Source: Flavobacterium sp. (lineage in GTDB: Bacteria > Bacteroidota > Bacteroidia > Flavobacteriales > Flavobacteriaceae). Taken from it: 64,000 nt of DNA. The stretch is taken from NCBI RefSeq assembly GCF_013823965.1, contig NZ_PNNA01000005.1, positions 5,419-69,418 of the forward strand, written 5' to 3'. Both the position numbers and the translations under genes were made by a program. Shown here piece by piece: positions 1 through 10,204 of this stretch (position 1 is its first letter; each line of letters starts with the position of its first letter). Below the pieces are notes generated by a model. It was not told the origin of the DNA. It worked only from the letters and a program-made list of their open reading frames with translations, and did not search any database.

Positions 1-483
1 AGGATACCATTGGTCCCAACAAATTAGCGTTCCAATGTTTCCTTTTTTAGTTGGATTATTTTTAAAACCTAAATCACCCGGAGTGAAATAGAATTTTTCG
101 TAAAAAGCTGGATCGTCTGGAATGTGCATTTTACGGTACAATCCCGCTTCCGAACCGTCGGTGTCGATGATGTAGGCGCTGTTGTGGTAAATTCCGGCCA
201 TTCTTTTTTCGAAGAAAGGAACGATAATCACGACGCCCAATTCTTTTGCCAAAGCACTGAAAGCAATAAACGAAGTGCTGTACAAAGGTTCAGCCAAGGC
301 AAAATTATCGACATCTTCGCTTTGACAAAAATAGTGGCTGCTGTACAATTCGGGCAACGAAATCACTTCGGCACCTTGACTGGCGGCATCACGAACCCAA
401 GACAAACATTTTTTCAGGTTGTTTTCGGCAACATCATTTAGATTCAATTGGATAACCGCTATTTTGTATTTTTTCTTAGGCAT
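1..483 (-). CDS. carbon-nitrogen hydrolase (nitrilase superfamily), N-carbamoylputrescine amidase-like; N-terminal 161 codons, C-terminus runs off the left edge
   Basis: Absent from the ORF track because it is open at the window edge. Hand translation from the ATG at 483 gives MPKKKYKIAVIQLN...SLPELY...YRKMHIPD...LICWDQWYP. This is the Glu/Lys/Cys (CWDQW) catalytic context of the family. Confidence 0.75.
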   Translation of the reverse strand, partial: MPKKKYKIAVIQLNLNDVAENNLKKCLSWVRDAASQGAEVISLPELYSSHYFCQSEDVDNFALAEPLYSTSFIAFSALAKELGVVIIVPFFEKRMAGIYHNSAYIIDTDGSEAGLYRKMHIPDDPAFYEKFYFTPGDLGFKNNPTKKGNIGTLICWDQWYP

Positions 484-554
484 AAGGCAAAATTTTTAGA
501 GTGCAAAAATAGGTAAATTTTAAGGAGTAGTAAATACTGTCCCTACTATTGTTT

Positions 555-1427
555 TTAATGTTTTTTTCCAAATATTTTTTTGAACAAATTTACAATTGCC
601 AAAACAATCAATCCGATAATTAGGCCAAAAGTAAATTCTTTTACAATCGAAGGCCATTGTGGAAATACATGATGCAGAAAGTCAATATTGTGCACAAAGA
701 TGCCACCTGCTACCAAAATCAGGGCGATTGTACCTATAACGGATAAACTTTTGATGACTTTGGGCAAGGCTTTCACGAGTACATTTCCTATCGTTTTTGA
801 CAAACTACGTTCTCGCGTACTCAATGCAATCAGTTTGAAACCCATTTCGTCCATTCGTACAATTAGCGCCACAATGCCATAAACACCGATGGTTGCCAAT
901 ATTGCAATTATCGAAACTACGCCAATTTGGGACGTGATAGGCTTTCCGATGACAGTTCCAAGTGCAATGATTACGATTTCTACAGATAGAATAAAATCGG
1001 TCACGATGGCTGATTTTATTTTGTCTTTTTCAAGAGCCAAAATTTCGGTTTCCGTGAAATCTTGTACCAAGATTTCGGTTGTGGCATCCTTGTGGGGAAA
1101 GAAGTATTCGTATATTTTTTCGGCACCTTCATAAGCCAAATAAAGTCCGCCAAGAACCAAGATGATAATAATTGCCAAAGGCAAAAAAGCACTCAGCAGA
1201 AAGGCAATGGGAAGAATGATTAATTTATTGATGAAGGAACCTTTGGCGATGGCCCACAAAACGGGAATTTCCCTGGAAGAAATAAATCCAGAGGCTTTCT
1301 CGGCATTGACGGCCAAATCGTCGCCCAAAATACCCGCCGTTTTTTTGGCTGCCACTTTACTCATTACGGCAACATCATCCATGATTGCTGCGATATCATC
1401 CAATAGTGCGAAAAAACCTGATGCCAT
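555..1427 (-). CDS. DUF808 (YedI-like) inner-membrane protein
   Basis: 290-aa ORF. N-terminus is MASGFFALLDDIAAIMDDVAVMSKVAAKKTAGILGDDLAVNAEKA, followed by several hydrophobic segments, as is typical of DUF808. Confidence 0.7.
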   Translation of the reverse strand: MASGFFALLDDIAAIMDDVAVMSKVAAKKTAGILGDDLAVNAEKASGFISSREIPVLWAIAKGSFINKLIILPIAFLLSAFLPLAIIIILVLGGLYLAYEGAEKIYEYFFPHKDATTEILVQDFTETEILALEKDKIKSAIVTDFILSVEIVIIALGTVIGKPITSQIGVVSIIAILATIGVYGIVALIVRMDEMGFKLIALSTRERSLSKTIGNVLVKALPKVIKSLSVIGTIALILVAGGIFVHNIDFLHHVFPQWPSIVKEFTFGLIIGLIVLAIVNLFKKIFGKKH

Positions 1428-1686
1428 AAAATTAATTTAGAAACGGCCTTGTTTTTGGTATTGATTTACAAAATTTAATCGGCGCGTTTTAATTGTTTAT
1501 TACTGCGAAAGTACTGTTTTTTTGATTGAAAATAGTATAAAATTTAATGACTTCGACTGTCTATAATTTTGCACTATTGATGGCCAAGTCTTCTTGGATT
1601 TTAAAATTTCACTTTAGGATGCATTAACAGCAAATTGCAGCAAAAGAAAATAATTTACTTTAATAATCTAATTAGTTGATGTATGG

Positions 1687-2139
1687 CTATTTATCGGTAA
1701 AGTTTTTAAAATCACTATATTTTGGGTCAAAATCCACCATCCATTCAATGCCGTATTTGTCCCGAAACATCCCAAAATAAGAACCCCAAGGGCTGTCGCT
1801 AATAGGGAATTCAATGGTTCCACCTGCCGAAAGTCCGTGAAATAATTGGTCGGCTTCTTCACGGCTTGCTGCGCTGATGGCTATTTTGGACCTGTTTTCG
1901 TTTTCATTTACCCGTCCTAAAAAATCCGGGACATCATTTCCCATTAAAATGTTGCCGCCAATGGGAAGGGCAATGTGCATTATTTTTTCTGCATCATTTT
2001 CAGCTGCTGGAAATTCGGGACTTACTAAATCTTTGAAACGGACAATCTTGGCAAACTCTCCGCCAAATACCGATTTGTAAAAAGTAAACGCTTCTTCGGC
2101 ATTGCCGTTGAAGTTGATGTGAGGATTAATGAGTGCCAT
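1687..2139 (-). CDS. VOC/glyoxalase-fold protein (PhnB-like)
   Basis: 150-aa ORF starting MALINPHINFNGNAEEAFTFYKSVFGG, which is the typical N-terminus of the PhnB-like VOC family. Confidence 0.7.
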   Translation of the reverse strand: MALINPHINFNGNAEEAFTFYKSVFGGEFAKIVRFKDLVSPEFPAAENDAEKIMHIALPIGGNILMGNDVPDFLGRVNENENRSKIAISAASREEADQLFHGLSAGGTIEFPISDSPWGSYFGMFRDKYGIEWMVDFDPKYSDFKNFTDK

Positions 2140-2248
2140 AGTTTTTGTTTTTTAGTTTGTTTTTTCTGTATAAAGATAAAAAAAAGCTGCAAAATATTTT
2201 CTTGCAGCTTTTTTATCAAATTCAAAGTAGAAGCAGTTTTGTTAATTG

Positions 2249-2325
2249 TGTCCTTTACAATTGGCAATTAAAATATTTTGTTATTGTTTGCTCTCGTTTG
2301 TGGGATTGTAAATCTCCGCTATCGG
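2249..2325. repeat. intergenic repeat, copy 1 (upstream of hsp20)
   Basis: tgtcctttacaattggcaattaaaata...gctctcgtttgtgggattgtaaatctccgctatcgg aligns with 3039-3122 in direct orientation. Confidence 0.8.
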
Positions 2326-2502
2326 GTTGTGTAAAATCGTCAGTTTAGGATAATAGTAAATCTGATATTTTGACATTTTTTTTCTAAAATTTTCTTAAAA
2401 AATAATGACATTTTTTCAGCATTGAAATACTATTTCCAATGGTACAAAATTTGTTGTTTGAGTAAAAGAATAAATTATTATTAACTTTAAAATTTTGTTA
2501 TT

Positions 2503-2955
2503 ATGAACCTTGTAAAACGTAATTCGGCACTTAACAATGCATTGCCAATGTTGTTGGACAACTTTTTTAATCGCGATGCATTTAGAGAAGGTAATTTGAA
2601 TTTTTATGACGCCAGCACCTCTATTCCAGCAGTAAACATCAAAGAGAATGCTGATGGTTATGCTCTTGAAATGGTGGCTCCCGGAATGGCAAAAACAGAT
2701 TTCAAAATAGAGCTGGAAAATGATGTCCTAACCATTAGTGCAGAAAAAAGTAATCAAACTACAGAGAGCGACGAAGGTGTTTATTCAAGAAAAGAATTTT
2801 CATACCAATCACTCAAACGAAGTTTTACCTTCCCTCAAGATATCGTAGATACGGAACGAATAGAAGCCAAATACGAAGATGGAATTTTGTACATCAAGAT
2901 TCCAAAAAAAGAAGAAGTACTGCGCAACAGAATCAAACAGATTGAAATTTCCTGA
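2503..2955 (+). CDS. Hsp20/alpha-crystallin small heat-shock protein
   Basis: 150 aa with an alpha-crystallin core (PAVNIKENADGYALEMVAPGMAKTDFKIELENDVLTISAE...SFTFP). A terminator hairpin follows. Confidence 0.9.
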   Translation: MNLVKRNSALNNALPMLLDNFFNRDAFREGNLNFYDASTSIPAVNIKENADGYALEMVAPGMAKTDFKIELENDVLTISAEKSNQTTESDEGVYSRKEFSYQSLKRSFTFPQDIVDTERIEAKYEDGILYIKIPKKEEVLRNRIKQIEIS

Positions 2956-2979
2956 TTCTAAAATAAATTTTTAAGCTAA

Positions 2980-3007
2980 GCTGTCCCTTCAACGGGACGG
3001 CTTTTTT
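2980..3007 (+). terminator. rho-independent terminator of hsp20
   Basis: Stem gctgtccc/gggacggc followed by a T run. Confidence 0.75.
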
Positions 3008-3038
3008 CACCTTCAATTGTTAGTGATGTTTTGTAAAC

Positions 3039-3122
3039 TGCGTCCTTTCCAATTGGCAATTAAAATATGATATTATAGTTTGCTCTCGCTTGTGGGCACG
3101 GATTGTAAATCCGCGCTATCGG
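3039..3122. repeat. intergenic repeat, copy 2 (downstream of hsp20)
   Basis: tgcgtcctttccaattggcaattaaaata...gctctcgcttgtgggcacggattgtaaatccgcgctatcgg. Contains a small cggat/atccg hairpin. Confidence 0.8.
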
Positions 3123-3255
3123 TGATTTATCAATTTTTTCTCAATTCCAGACTGCATTTATGAAAGTGTATTTGGAAATAATTATAGGAGTGATTGTAGG
3201 TGTAATAATTTTGTTGATTCAAAAAGAATATTTTTAGAAAGATAAACGTTCTCTC

Positions 3256-3327
3256 TAGCCCCGATGGGAGCCAATATCCTTTTGGGCTGGCGTTCAGCCC
3301 AAAAGATATGACGTACAGCGGGAGGGA
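3256..3327. repeat. GC-rich REP-like element with internal hairpin
   Basis: tagccccgatgggagccaatatccttttgggctggcgttcagcccaaaagatatgacgtacagcgggaggg. The arms atatccttttgggctg / cagcccaaaagatat pair with each other. Confidence 0.6.
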
Positions 3328-3357
3328 AGTTGTTATGAAAACTCATCGTTCTGCTCC

Positions 3358-3387
3358 AAAAAAAACACCAATCTTTCGACTGGTGTT
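3358..3387 (-). terminator. rho-independent terminator of clpB
   Basis: On the minus strand, hairpin aacacca/tggtgtt is followed by an 8-nt T run (the A run at 3358-3365 on the plus strand). Confidence 0.7.
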
Positions 3388-3410
3388 TATATTAGTATTT
3401 TTTTGTCTGT

Positions 3411-3452
3411 TCGAGCGCAGTCGAGAACTATAGGCATCTCGACTGCGCTCGA
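3411..3452. repeat. inverted repeat tcgagcgcagtcgaga / tctcgactgcgctcga (dispersed REP family)
   Basis: Perfect 16-bp arms separated by 10 nt. One arm recurs at 63257-63281. Confidence 0.8.
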
Positions 3453-3470
3453 TGTGACAAAATGGAGTAA

Positions 3471-6077
3471 TCAATGAACCAACTCACTCTGATTCCTGAA
3501 AACCAATTCGCCGTCAAAGGAATCCAGTAAAATAATGCTGTCGGTTGTGATTTTTCCGGCGAGGATTTCTTTCGACAATTTGTTCAAGACGTCTCTTTGT
3601 ATCACTCGTTTTACGGGTCTGGCACCAAATTGCGGGTCATAGCCTTTCTCGGTTAAATAGGCAATGGCTTCGGGTGTGGCGTCCATCGTGATGCCTTGTT
3701 GGGCAAGCATTTTGGTCACCGATTTGAGTTGCAAGCCCACGATTTGTGCAATGTTGGCATTGGTCAAAGGTGTAAACATCACGATTTCGTCAATACGATT
3801 GATGAATTCGGGGCGAACAGTTTGTTTCAACAAGCCCAGCACTTCCACTTTGGCGGCTTCGGTGGCGGCTTCGACACTTCCCCTCAAATTCTCGAATTTC
3901 TCTTGAATAATCTGGCTTCCCATATTGGAAGTCATAATGATAATCGTGTTTTTGAAATCGGCCAAGCGTCCTTTGTTGTCCGTCAAACGGCCTTCGTCCA
4001 AGACCTGCAACAAGATGTTGAAGGTGTCGGGATGCGCTTTTTCAATCTCGTCCAACAAAATCACGGAATAGGGTTTGCGGCGCACGGCTTCGGTCAATTG
4101 CCCGCCCTCGTCATAACCCACATAGCCCGGAGGCGCACCCACCAAACGGCTCACGCTGTGGCGTTCCTGGTATTCGCTCATATCAATTCGGGTCATCGCG
4201 TTTTCGTCGTCGAACAAGTATTCGGCCAAGGCTTTGGCCAATTCGGTTTTTCCGACTCCCGTGGTTCCCAAGAACAGGAAGGTTCCCACCGGTTTTTTCA
4301 TATCCTGCAAGCCCGCACGACTTCGGCGCACGGCATCGCTCACGGCTTCGATGGCTTCTTCCTGACCCACAACCCTGCGGTGCAATTCGTCTTCAAGTTT
4401 CAAGAGTTTTTCCCTTTCGCCTTGCAGCATTTTTGTTACCGGAATTCCGGTCCATTTGGCCACGACTTCGGCAATGTCTTCACGGGTTACTTCTTCCTTG
4501 ATTAGGGAAGTTCCACCTTTTTGATCTTCGGCCAATTGTTTTTGGAAGGCGTCCAAGCGTTCTTGGGCTTCCTTGATTTTTCCGTAACGAATTTCGGCCA
4601 CTTTTCCGTAATCGCCTTCTCGCTCGGCGCGTTCGGCTTCGTATTTGAAGTCTTCGATTTCGGTTTTTACAGCTTGAATGTTATCAACCACATCTTTTTC
4701 TGATTTCCATTTGGTAAAGATTTCGTTTCGGTCGTCTTTCAGGTTGGCCAAATCCATTCCCAAAGCTTTGAGTTTGCTTTCGTCTTTCTCGCGTTTGATG
4801 GCGGCAATCTCGATTTCCAATTGCATTATTTTTCGATCCAAAACGTCCAATTCTTCGGGTTTCGAATTGATTTCCATACGGATTTTCGAAGCCGCTTCGT
4901 CCATCAAGTCGATGGCTTTATCGGGCAAAAATCGGTTGGTGATATAACGTTGCGATAATTCGACGGCGGCAATGATGGCATCGTCTTTTATCTGCACTTT
5001 GTGATGTGTTTCGTATTTTTCCTTTATACCTCGAAGGATGGAAATCGCGCTTTCGGTATCGGGTTCCTCGATCATCACTTTTTGGAAACGACGTTCGAGG
5101 GCTTTGTCTTTTTCGAAATATTTTTGGTATTCGTCCAAAGTCGTTGCGCCAATGGCACGCAGTTCACCACGAGCCAAAGCCGGTTTCAGGATATTGGCGG
5201 CATCCATTGCACCTTCGCCACCACCTGCGCCCACCAAAGTGTGGATTTCGTCAATAAACAGGACGATGTCTCCCTCGGCCGAAGTCACTTCTTTTACCAC
5301 CGATTTCAAACGTTCCTCGAATTCTCCTTTGTATTTGGCACCTGCAATCAGGGCGCCCATATCCAAGGAATAAACGATTTTGTCTTTCAGGTTTTCGGGC
5401 ACGTCGCCGTCCACGATTCGGTGTGCGAGACCTTCGGCAATGGCGGTTTTACCCACGCCGGGTTCACCCACGAGCATCGGGTTGTTTTTGGTTCGACGAG
5501 TCAAGATTTGCAACACGCGTCGAATTTCCTCGTCACGCCCAATTACGGGATCGAGTTTTCCGGTACGAGCCAGTTCGTTGAGGTTTTTGGCGTATTTGTT
5601 CAAGGAATTATAAGTTTCCTCAGCCGAAGCGGAGGTCACTCTTTCGCCTTTGCGTAATTCTTCTATGGCGGCTTTCAGTCCTTTTCCGGTTACACCTTGA
5701 TCTTTCAGGATTTGGGCTGCCTTGCTTTTTGAATCAAAAATAGCCAAGATTAAATGTTCGATGGAAACGAATTCGTCGTTCATTTTTTTGGCAATGATTT
5801 CGGCTTCGTTCAATGTTGCATTGGCGGTTCTGGAGAGCATAATTTCGCCTCCGGAAACTTTCGGAAAGCTCTGGATGGTGCTGTCTAATATTTGTTGGAA
5901 CAACGGAACATTTACATTTAGTTTTTTCAAAATGAAAGGCGCCACGTTTTCATCGACTTCAAAAATAGCCTTGAAAATGTGTTCGTTTTCAATTTGTTGT
6001 TGTCCAAAACTTTGAGCCAATTGCTGTGATTGCTGAATGGCTTCCTGCGATTTGATTGTAAATTTATTGATGTTCAT
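3471..6077 (-). CDS. clpB: ATP-dependent chaperone ClpB
   Basis: 868 aa with two AAA+ modules (Walker A GEPGVGKT and GTTGVGKT), a long middle coiled coil and a Clp N domain. Confidence 0.97.
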   Translation of the reverse strand: MNINKFTIKSQEAIQQSQQLAQSFGQQQIENEHIFKAIFEVDENVAPFILKKLNVNVPLFQQILDSTIQSFPKVSGGEIMLSRTANATLNEAEIIAKKMNDEFVSIEHLILAIFDSKSKAAQILKDQGVTGKGLKAAIEELRKGERVTSASAEETYNSLNKYAKNLNELARTGKLDPVIGRDEEIRRVLQILTRRTKNNPMLVGEPGVGKTAIAEGLAHRIVDGDVPENLKDKIVYSLDMGALIAGAKYKGEFEERLKSVVKEVTSAEGDIVLFIDEIHTLVGAGGGEGAMDAANILKPALARGELRAIGATTLDEYQKYFEKDKALERRFQKVMIEEPDTESAISILRGIKEKYETHHKVQIKDDAIIAAVELSQRYITNRFLPDKAIDLMDEAASKIRMEINSKPEELDVLDRKIMQLEIEIAAIKREKDESKLKALGMDLANLKDDRNEIFTKWKSEKDVVDNIQAVKTEIEDFKYEAERAEREGDYGKVAEIRYGKIKEAQERLDAFQKQLAEDQKGGTSLIKEEVTREDIAEVVAKWTGIPVTKMLQGEREKLLKLEDELHRRVVGQEEAIEAVSDAVRRSRAGLQDMKKPVGTFLFLGTTGVGKTELAKALAEYLFDDENAMTRIDMSEYQERHSVSRLVGAPPGYVGYDEGGQLTEAVRRKPYSVILLDEIEKAHPDTFNILLQVLDEGRLTDNKGRLADFKNTIIIMTSNMGSQIIQEKFENLRGSVEAATEAAKVEVLGLLKQTVRPEFINRIDEIVMFTPLTNANIAQIVGLQLKSVTKMLAQQGITMDATPEAIAYLTEKGYDPQFGARPVKRVIQRDVLNKLSKEILAGKITTDSIILLDSFDGELVFRNQSELVH

Positions 6078-6143
6078 TTTACTTTTTGTTTAAAGTTGAA
6101 TGTTCGTTTTTAATTGGTGTAATCAGTATATATGCTTTTTTTT

Positions 6144-6272
6144 ACCGCAGATTCGCAGATTTTAATAAAATTTTGATAATGTTTAAATCGCTTTCAGCGG
6201 TATTAGCGCAAATTAATTTCTCTATAAACCATAAAATTTAGTTCTCAAAAAATAAATCTGCGAATCTGCGGT
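6144..6272. repeat. inverted repeat accgcagattcgcagattt ... aaatctgcgaatctgcggt in the clpB/ytxJ divergent spacer
   Basis: 19-nt arms made of the tandem octamer cgcagatt, about 90 nt apart. Confidence 0.75.
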
Positions 6273-6434
6273 TGTTTTAAATTCATACGTTTGACTTATT
6301 TATGTGCTTGTGTAAGTTTAAAGATATTGTATCTTTGGCAAAAATCGTCAAATCTTGTTCCATCCCTAAAGTTACGACATTTTGACTGGAAATAAGGGGT
6401 TTATGGAAGACAAAATGACTTAAAAAACGACAAA

Positions 6435-6821
6435 ATGAGTGTTTTTTCAAATCTTTTCGGAAGTTTGGACAATGAAAAATTAAACAGCAAAGTGAATTGG
6501 ATTCCATTACAGCATTTGGGGCAATTGGATGAATTGGCTGCCTTTTCGGACAACAAACCAGCCGTGATATTCAAACACAGCACGCGTTGCAGCGTGAGCC
6601 GATTTGCCTTGAAGCAATTCGAAAACGAATTTGATTTAGACGATAAAGTAGATGCTTATTTCTTGGATTTATTGGAACACAGAGACATTTCTAATGAAAT
6701 TGCTTCTCGTTTTGGAGTGTATCATCAATCGCCACAATTGTTGTTAATCAAGGGAGGGAAATCGGTTTACGATGTTTCCCATAGTGATATTGATGCAGGA
6801 GAGTTGAAAGAGAAGTTGTAA
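6435..6821 (+). CDS. ytxJ: YtxJ-like thioredoxin-fold protein (bacillithiol system, monothiol)
   Basis: 128 aa. The single-Cys motif FKHSTRCSVS sits at the thioredoxin active-site position and the length is typical of DUF2847/YtxJ. Confidence 0.7.
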   Translation: MSVFSNLFGSLDNEKLNSKVNWIPLQHLGQLDELAAFSDNKPAVIFKHSTRCSVSRFALKQFENEFDLDDKVDAYFLDLLEHRDISNEIASRFGVYHQSPQLLLIKGGKSVYDVSHSDIDAGELKEKL

Positions 6822-6889
6822 TTTAATCTTTGTCAAAGTTTCCAATTTTGGCGTAAATATATCCCCCAATCTATTAAAAATCAAAACAA

Positions 6890-7564
6890 ATGAAATTAGG
6901 AAAATGGTTAATAGCCGGAATAGTTGGTGCTCAATTATTAAGTTCTTGTGAAGTAATTCGCATTAGTGAAATCTCAAATTACAAGGATTCACAATTTGTT
7001 TTTGGCTCCAATAAAACAGCTTTATTGGTTGATGATGATGATGTTTTGATAAGTGAATTTACCAAGACATTTGCTAAAAAGTACAAGCAAAAGCACGATT
7101 TTGTCATAGAATATGATAGTTTGTGTGCTGCTACATTGAAACAGGAAAATATTTTTGGTGAAATAAAACACGACAAATCATTTGAATTTGTTTCCAATGA
7201 TCCTTTGACGTTCAATCCGGAGCAACAAAAAAAAGTGGATTCATTGTTTACAAATACAACTGCCGATTACCTGATAAGAATTTCTGGTCATGAAATCACG
7301 AACAGCATACAAGGAAGTCCTGTTATGGCTATGCCTATGGCTGGCGGAGGTATGGGGATGTCCGGCGGTCAAAGTGAAAGTTGCATCATAAATTCCCATT
7401 TTCAGATTTATGACATAAAGACTCGAAAAAAAGTATTGGATTTTGTGTCGAAAGGAAGTGGAGGCGTACTTTTTTTTGCATTTGAAGAAGCCTTTATCAA
7501 AGCCATGAATAATTCCGTGAAAAATTCAGCGGTATATCTCAGAACCGGAAAATTAAAATTTTAA
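6890..7564 (+). CDS. hypothetical lipoprotein
   Basis: Signal peptide with lipobox LLSSC. Has a Met/Gly-rich patch SPVMAMPMAGGGMGMSGG. No recognisable family. Confidence 0.5.
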   Translation: MKLGKWLIAGIVGAQLLSSCEVIRISEISNYKDSQFVFGSNKTALLVDDDDVLISEFTKTFAKKYKQKHDFVIEYDSLCAATLKQENIFGEIKHDKSFEFVSNDPLTFNPEQQKKVDSLFTNTTADYLIRISGHEITNSIQGSPVMAMPMAGGGMGMSGGQSESCIINSHFQIYDIKTRKKVLDFVSKGSGGVLFFAFEEAFIKAMNNSVKNSAVYLRTGKLKF

Positions 7565-7565
7565 A

Positions 7566-7601
7566 TAAAAAAATCCATAAATGTACTTTATGGATTTTTT
7601 T
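7566..7601. terminator. bidirectional terminator between the lipoprotein gene and argH
   Basis: Stem atccataa/ttatggat flanked by an A run and a T run. Confidence 0.7.
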
Positions 7602-7627
7602 GTAAATGTGATTTGTGGGCTTTCGAA

Positions 7628-8908
7628 TTAATAAGAACGCTTCATCTTTTCTTTAATCTCCTCCAGGCAAAGGTTGTTGATGCTTCCTTCGTGGGTGTGT
7701 TTGGTTTCTTTTGGTGATTGGTAAGTTCCCGCTTCCAATTGTTCGGCAACGGCTTTGTAAGCGTCTCTGAAAGGCATTCCAGCTACCACCATTTCGTTTA
7801 AAGTATCAACTGTAAACAGGTAATCGTATTTTTTATCGTTTAAAATACCTTCTTTAACTTTAATATCTTTGATAGAGAAAATAGCAATGTCCAAACAAGC
7901 TTTCAGGTTTTGAATCGCAGGAAACAAACCTTCTTTCAACAATTGAAAATCCCTGTGGTAACCACTTGGTAAATTATTGGTGATTAAAGTGATTTCATAC
8001 GGCAAGGCTTGAATTTTGTTGCATTTTCCACGAATCAACTCGAAAACATCCGGGTTTTTTTTGTGAGGCATAATGCTGGAACCTGTCGTCAAATGGGCTG
8101 GTAAAGTGATGAAATCAAAATTTTGGCTCATATACAAACAAACATCCATAGAGAATTTTGCCAAGGTCGCGGCCACGCTACTCATCGCGAAAGCTACTGT
8201 TTTTTCGGATTTTCCACGGCTCATTTGTGCGGCCACCGAATTGTATTTCAAAGTTTCGAATCCCAATTCCTGGGTCGTGAAAGTTCTGTTGATAGGGAAG
8301 GAGCTTCCGTAACCCGCAGCGGAACCCAAAGGATTTTGATCGACCACTTTTAAAGCGGCATTCAACATCGTGATGTCGTCAATCAAGGTTTCAGCATAAG
8401 CGGAAAACCACATTCCGAAAGAAGAAGGCATCGCAATTTGCAAATGTGTGTAACCTGGCAACAATACGTTTTGGTATTTCTCGGCCGATTCCATCAACAA
8501 ATTGAACAAGGTTTTTACTTGCGATTTGAATTCGGAAACCACGTCTTTGAGGTACAAATTCACGTCAACCAAAACTTGGTCGTTGCGAGAACGTGCCGTG
8601 TGGATTTTCTTTCCGGCATCGCCCAATTTGATGGTCAAGAGGTATTCGATTTTTGAATGCACGTCTTCAAAACTTTCGTCAATTTCGAATGCGCCTTTCT
8701 CAATTTCGATGATGATGTCTTCCAAAGACAAAACCAAGGAATCGGTTTCTTCTTCCGTCAAGAGTCCGATTTGACATAACATTTTGGCGTGGGCAATAGA
8801 ACCCAATGCATCGTATTTGGCCAAAACCAAGTCTAATTCGCGGTCATTTCCAACGGTGAAATGTTCTATTTGTTTATCGGTTGGTATTCCTTTTTCCCAA
8901 AGTTTCAT
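7628..8908 (-). CDS. argH: argininosuccinate lyase
   Basis: Fumarate-lyase signature GSSIMPHKKNPD. The track start at 8914 is a TTG, so I prefer the ATG at 8908 (MKLWEKG). Confidence 0.95.
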   Translation of the reverse strand: MKLWEKGIPTDKQIEHFTVGNDRELDLVLAKYDALGSIAHAKMLCQIGLLTEEETDSLVLSLEDIIIEIEKGAFEIDESFEDVHSKIEYLLTIKLGDAGKKIHTARSRNDQVLVDVNLYLKDVVSEFKSQVKTLFNLLMESAEKYQNVLLPGYTHLQIAMPSSFGMWFSAYAETLIDDITMLNAALKVVDQNPLGSAAGYGSSFPINRTFTTQELGFETLKYNSVAAQMSRGKSEKTVAFAMSSVAATLAKFSMDVCLYMSQNFDFITLPAHLTTGSSIMPHKKNPDVFELIRGKCNKIQALPYEITLITNNLPSGYHRDFQLLKEGLFPAIQNLKACLDIAIFSIKDIKVKEGILNDKKYDYLFTVDTLNEMVVAGMPFRDAYKAVAEQLEAGTYQSPKETKHTHEGSINNLCLEEIKEKMKRSY

Positions 8909-8914
8909 AGTCAA

Positions 8915-8942
8915 TTTTAGATTTTAGATTTTAGATTTTAGA
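8915..8942. repeat. tandem heptamer (ttttaga)x4
   Basis: ttttagattttagattttagattttaga lies immediately upstream of the argH start. The same unit forms inverted arrays at 17143-17220. Confidence 0.85.
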
Positions 8943-8984
8943 TTCAAATAATTTGAAATCCAATAACACTAAAATATATTGTAA

Positions 8985-10055
8985 TTATTGTTTTAAGAAA
9001 TCGCCCAGTATTTTGATGTACAATTGAATTCCTTCTTCTATTTCGTTTACATATATAAATTCGTCGGCCGAGTGGGAACGTAAACTTTCTCCTGGTCCGA
9101 GTTTCAAGGATTTGCAATACAAAACCGATTGGTCGGAAAGGGTAGGCGAGCCGTAAGTGTTTCTACCCAAGGCGATTCCGGCTTGTACCAATCCGTGCGA
9201 AACGGGGATTGACGAAGCATTCAGGTGCATCGAGCGTGGATTTACTTCGGCATTCACGTTGGCTTTTACGGTTTCCAGAATTTCGGTATTGTTGTAGCAA
9301 TCGTTCACCCGAATATCGACCACCAAATGGCATTCGGCGGGAACAACATTGTGTTGTTTTCCAGCGTTCACTTGGGTTACGGTCATTTTTACTGGTCCCA
9401 AAACTTCGGATATTTTCTCGAATTGATAGGTTTTGAACCAGTCAATCACGGGCATTGCATTGTAGATTGGATTGTCGGGATTGTTGTGTGCGGCGTGACT
9501 TGCGGTGCCTTTTACGACGATATCCAAGACCAATAATCCTTTTTCGGCTACGGCCAATTGCATCAAGGTAGGTTCGCCAATGATGGCGCAATCCAGATGG
9601 GGCAAATGTTTCAAAACGCTGTTTAAACCCAGTTTTCCACTGCTTTCCTCCTCTGCCGAAGCCACAATCACGATGTTGTAAGGCAGGTTTTCAGCAGCAT
9701 AAAAATGGGTAAATGTGGCAATCAAGGACACCAAACAACCGCCGGCATCGTTGCTGCCCAAACCATACAATTTGCCGTCTTCCACGATGGCTTCAAACGG
9801 ATTTTTGGTAAAGCCTTGATTCGGTTTAACGGTATCGTGATGCGAATTGAGTAAAAGCGTGGGTTTCGATTCGTCAAAATATTTGTTGTAAGCCCAAATA
9901 TTGTTGTTTTCCCTTTCGAAAGGGATGTTGTTTTGGTTGAACCAATTTTCGATTAAAAGCGCCGTTTGCTGTTCTTCACTTGAAAAGGAAGGAGTTTCAA
10001 TCAGTGATTTTAATAGCGCAATGGCTTCTTGTATGAGGGTTTCTATGTTTTTCAT
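8985..10055 (-). CDS. argE: M20-family deacylase (acetylornithine deacetylase ArgE-like)
   Basis: 356 aa with M20 metal-ligand context (NSHHDTV, GSNDAGG, EEES). Located inside the arg operon. Confidence 0.85.
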   Translation of the reverse strand: MKNIETLIQEAIALLKSLIETPSFSSEEQQTALLIENWFNQNNIPFERENNNIWAYNKYFDESKPTLLLNSHHDTVKPNQGFTKNPFEAIVEDGKLYGLGSNDAGGCLVSLIATFTHFYAAENLPYNIVIVASAEEESSGKLGLNSVLKHLPHLDCAIIGEPTLMQLAVAEKGLLVLDIVVKGTASHAAHNNPDNPIYNAMPVIDWFKTYQFEKISEVLGPVKMTVTQVNAGKQHNVVPAECHLVVDIRVNDCYNNTEILETVKANVNAEVNPRSMHLNASSIPVSHGLVQAGIALGRNTYGSPTLSDQSVLYCKSLKLGPGESLRSHSADEFIYVNEIEEGIQLYIKILGDFLKQ

Positions 10056-10109
10056 TTATTTTGTTTTCAACACAAATTTCACAAATCTGCACGAATTAAT
10101 TTTTAATTT

Positions 10110-10190
10110 ACCATATAAGGTATTCAAGGTCATTTAAGTAGGAATTAAATGCTTGAGCAAACTTATATGAACTTAAATTTCTTATATGGT
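10110..10190. repeat. REP-like inverted repeat accatataag ... cttatatggt in the argE-argB spacer
   Basis: 10-nt perfect arms about 60 nt apart. Confidence 0.6.
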
Positions 10191-10204
10191 TCAAAAATAT
10201 TTTG

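Noticed and set aside
2184-2210. Hairpin aagctgcaa/ttgcagctt flanked by A and T runs, upstream of the VOC gene start.
   Set aside because: It looks like a terminator, but no gene ends next to it on either strand. It may be an insulator or a relic. I have not listed it as a feature.
3664-6015. Many plus-strand ORFs (for example 3696-4505 at 269 aa and 5001-5657 at 218 aa) overlapping clpB.
   Set aside because: They are antisense shadows of a strongly supported 868-aa clpB. The translations are low-complexity (F/G/H/V-rich) with no motifs.
8915-8942. Considered whether the tandem or inverted heptamer arrays (also at 17143-17220, 30782-30861 and 42301-42870) could be CRISPR-like.
   Set aside because: The units are 7-8 nt and directly abutting, with no spacers and no cas genes. 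They are REP-type intergenic repeats.
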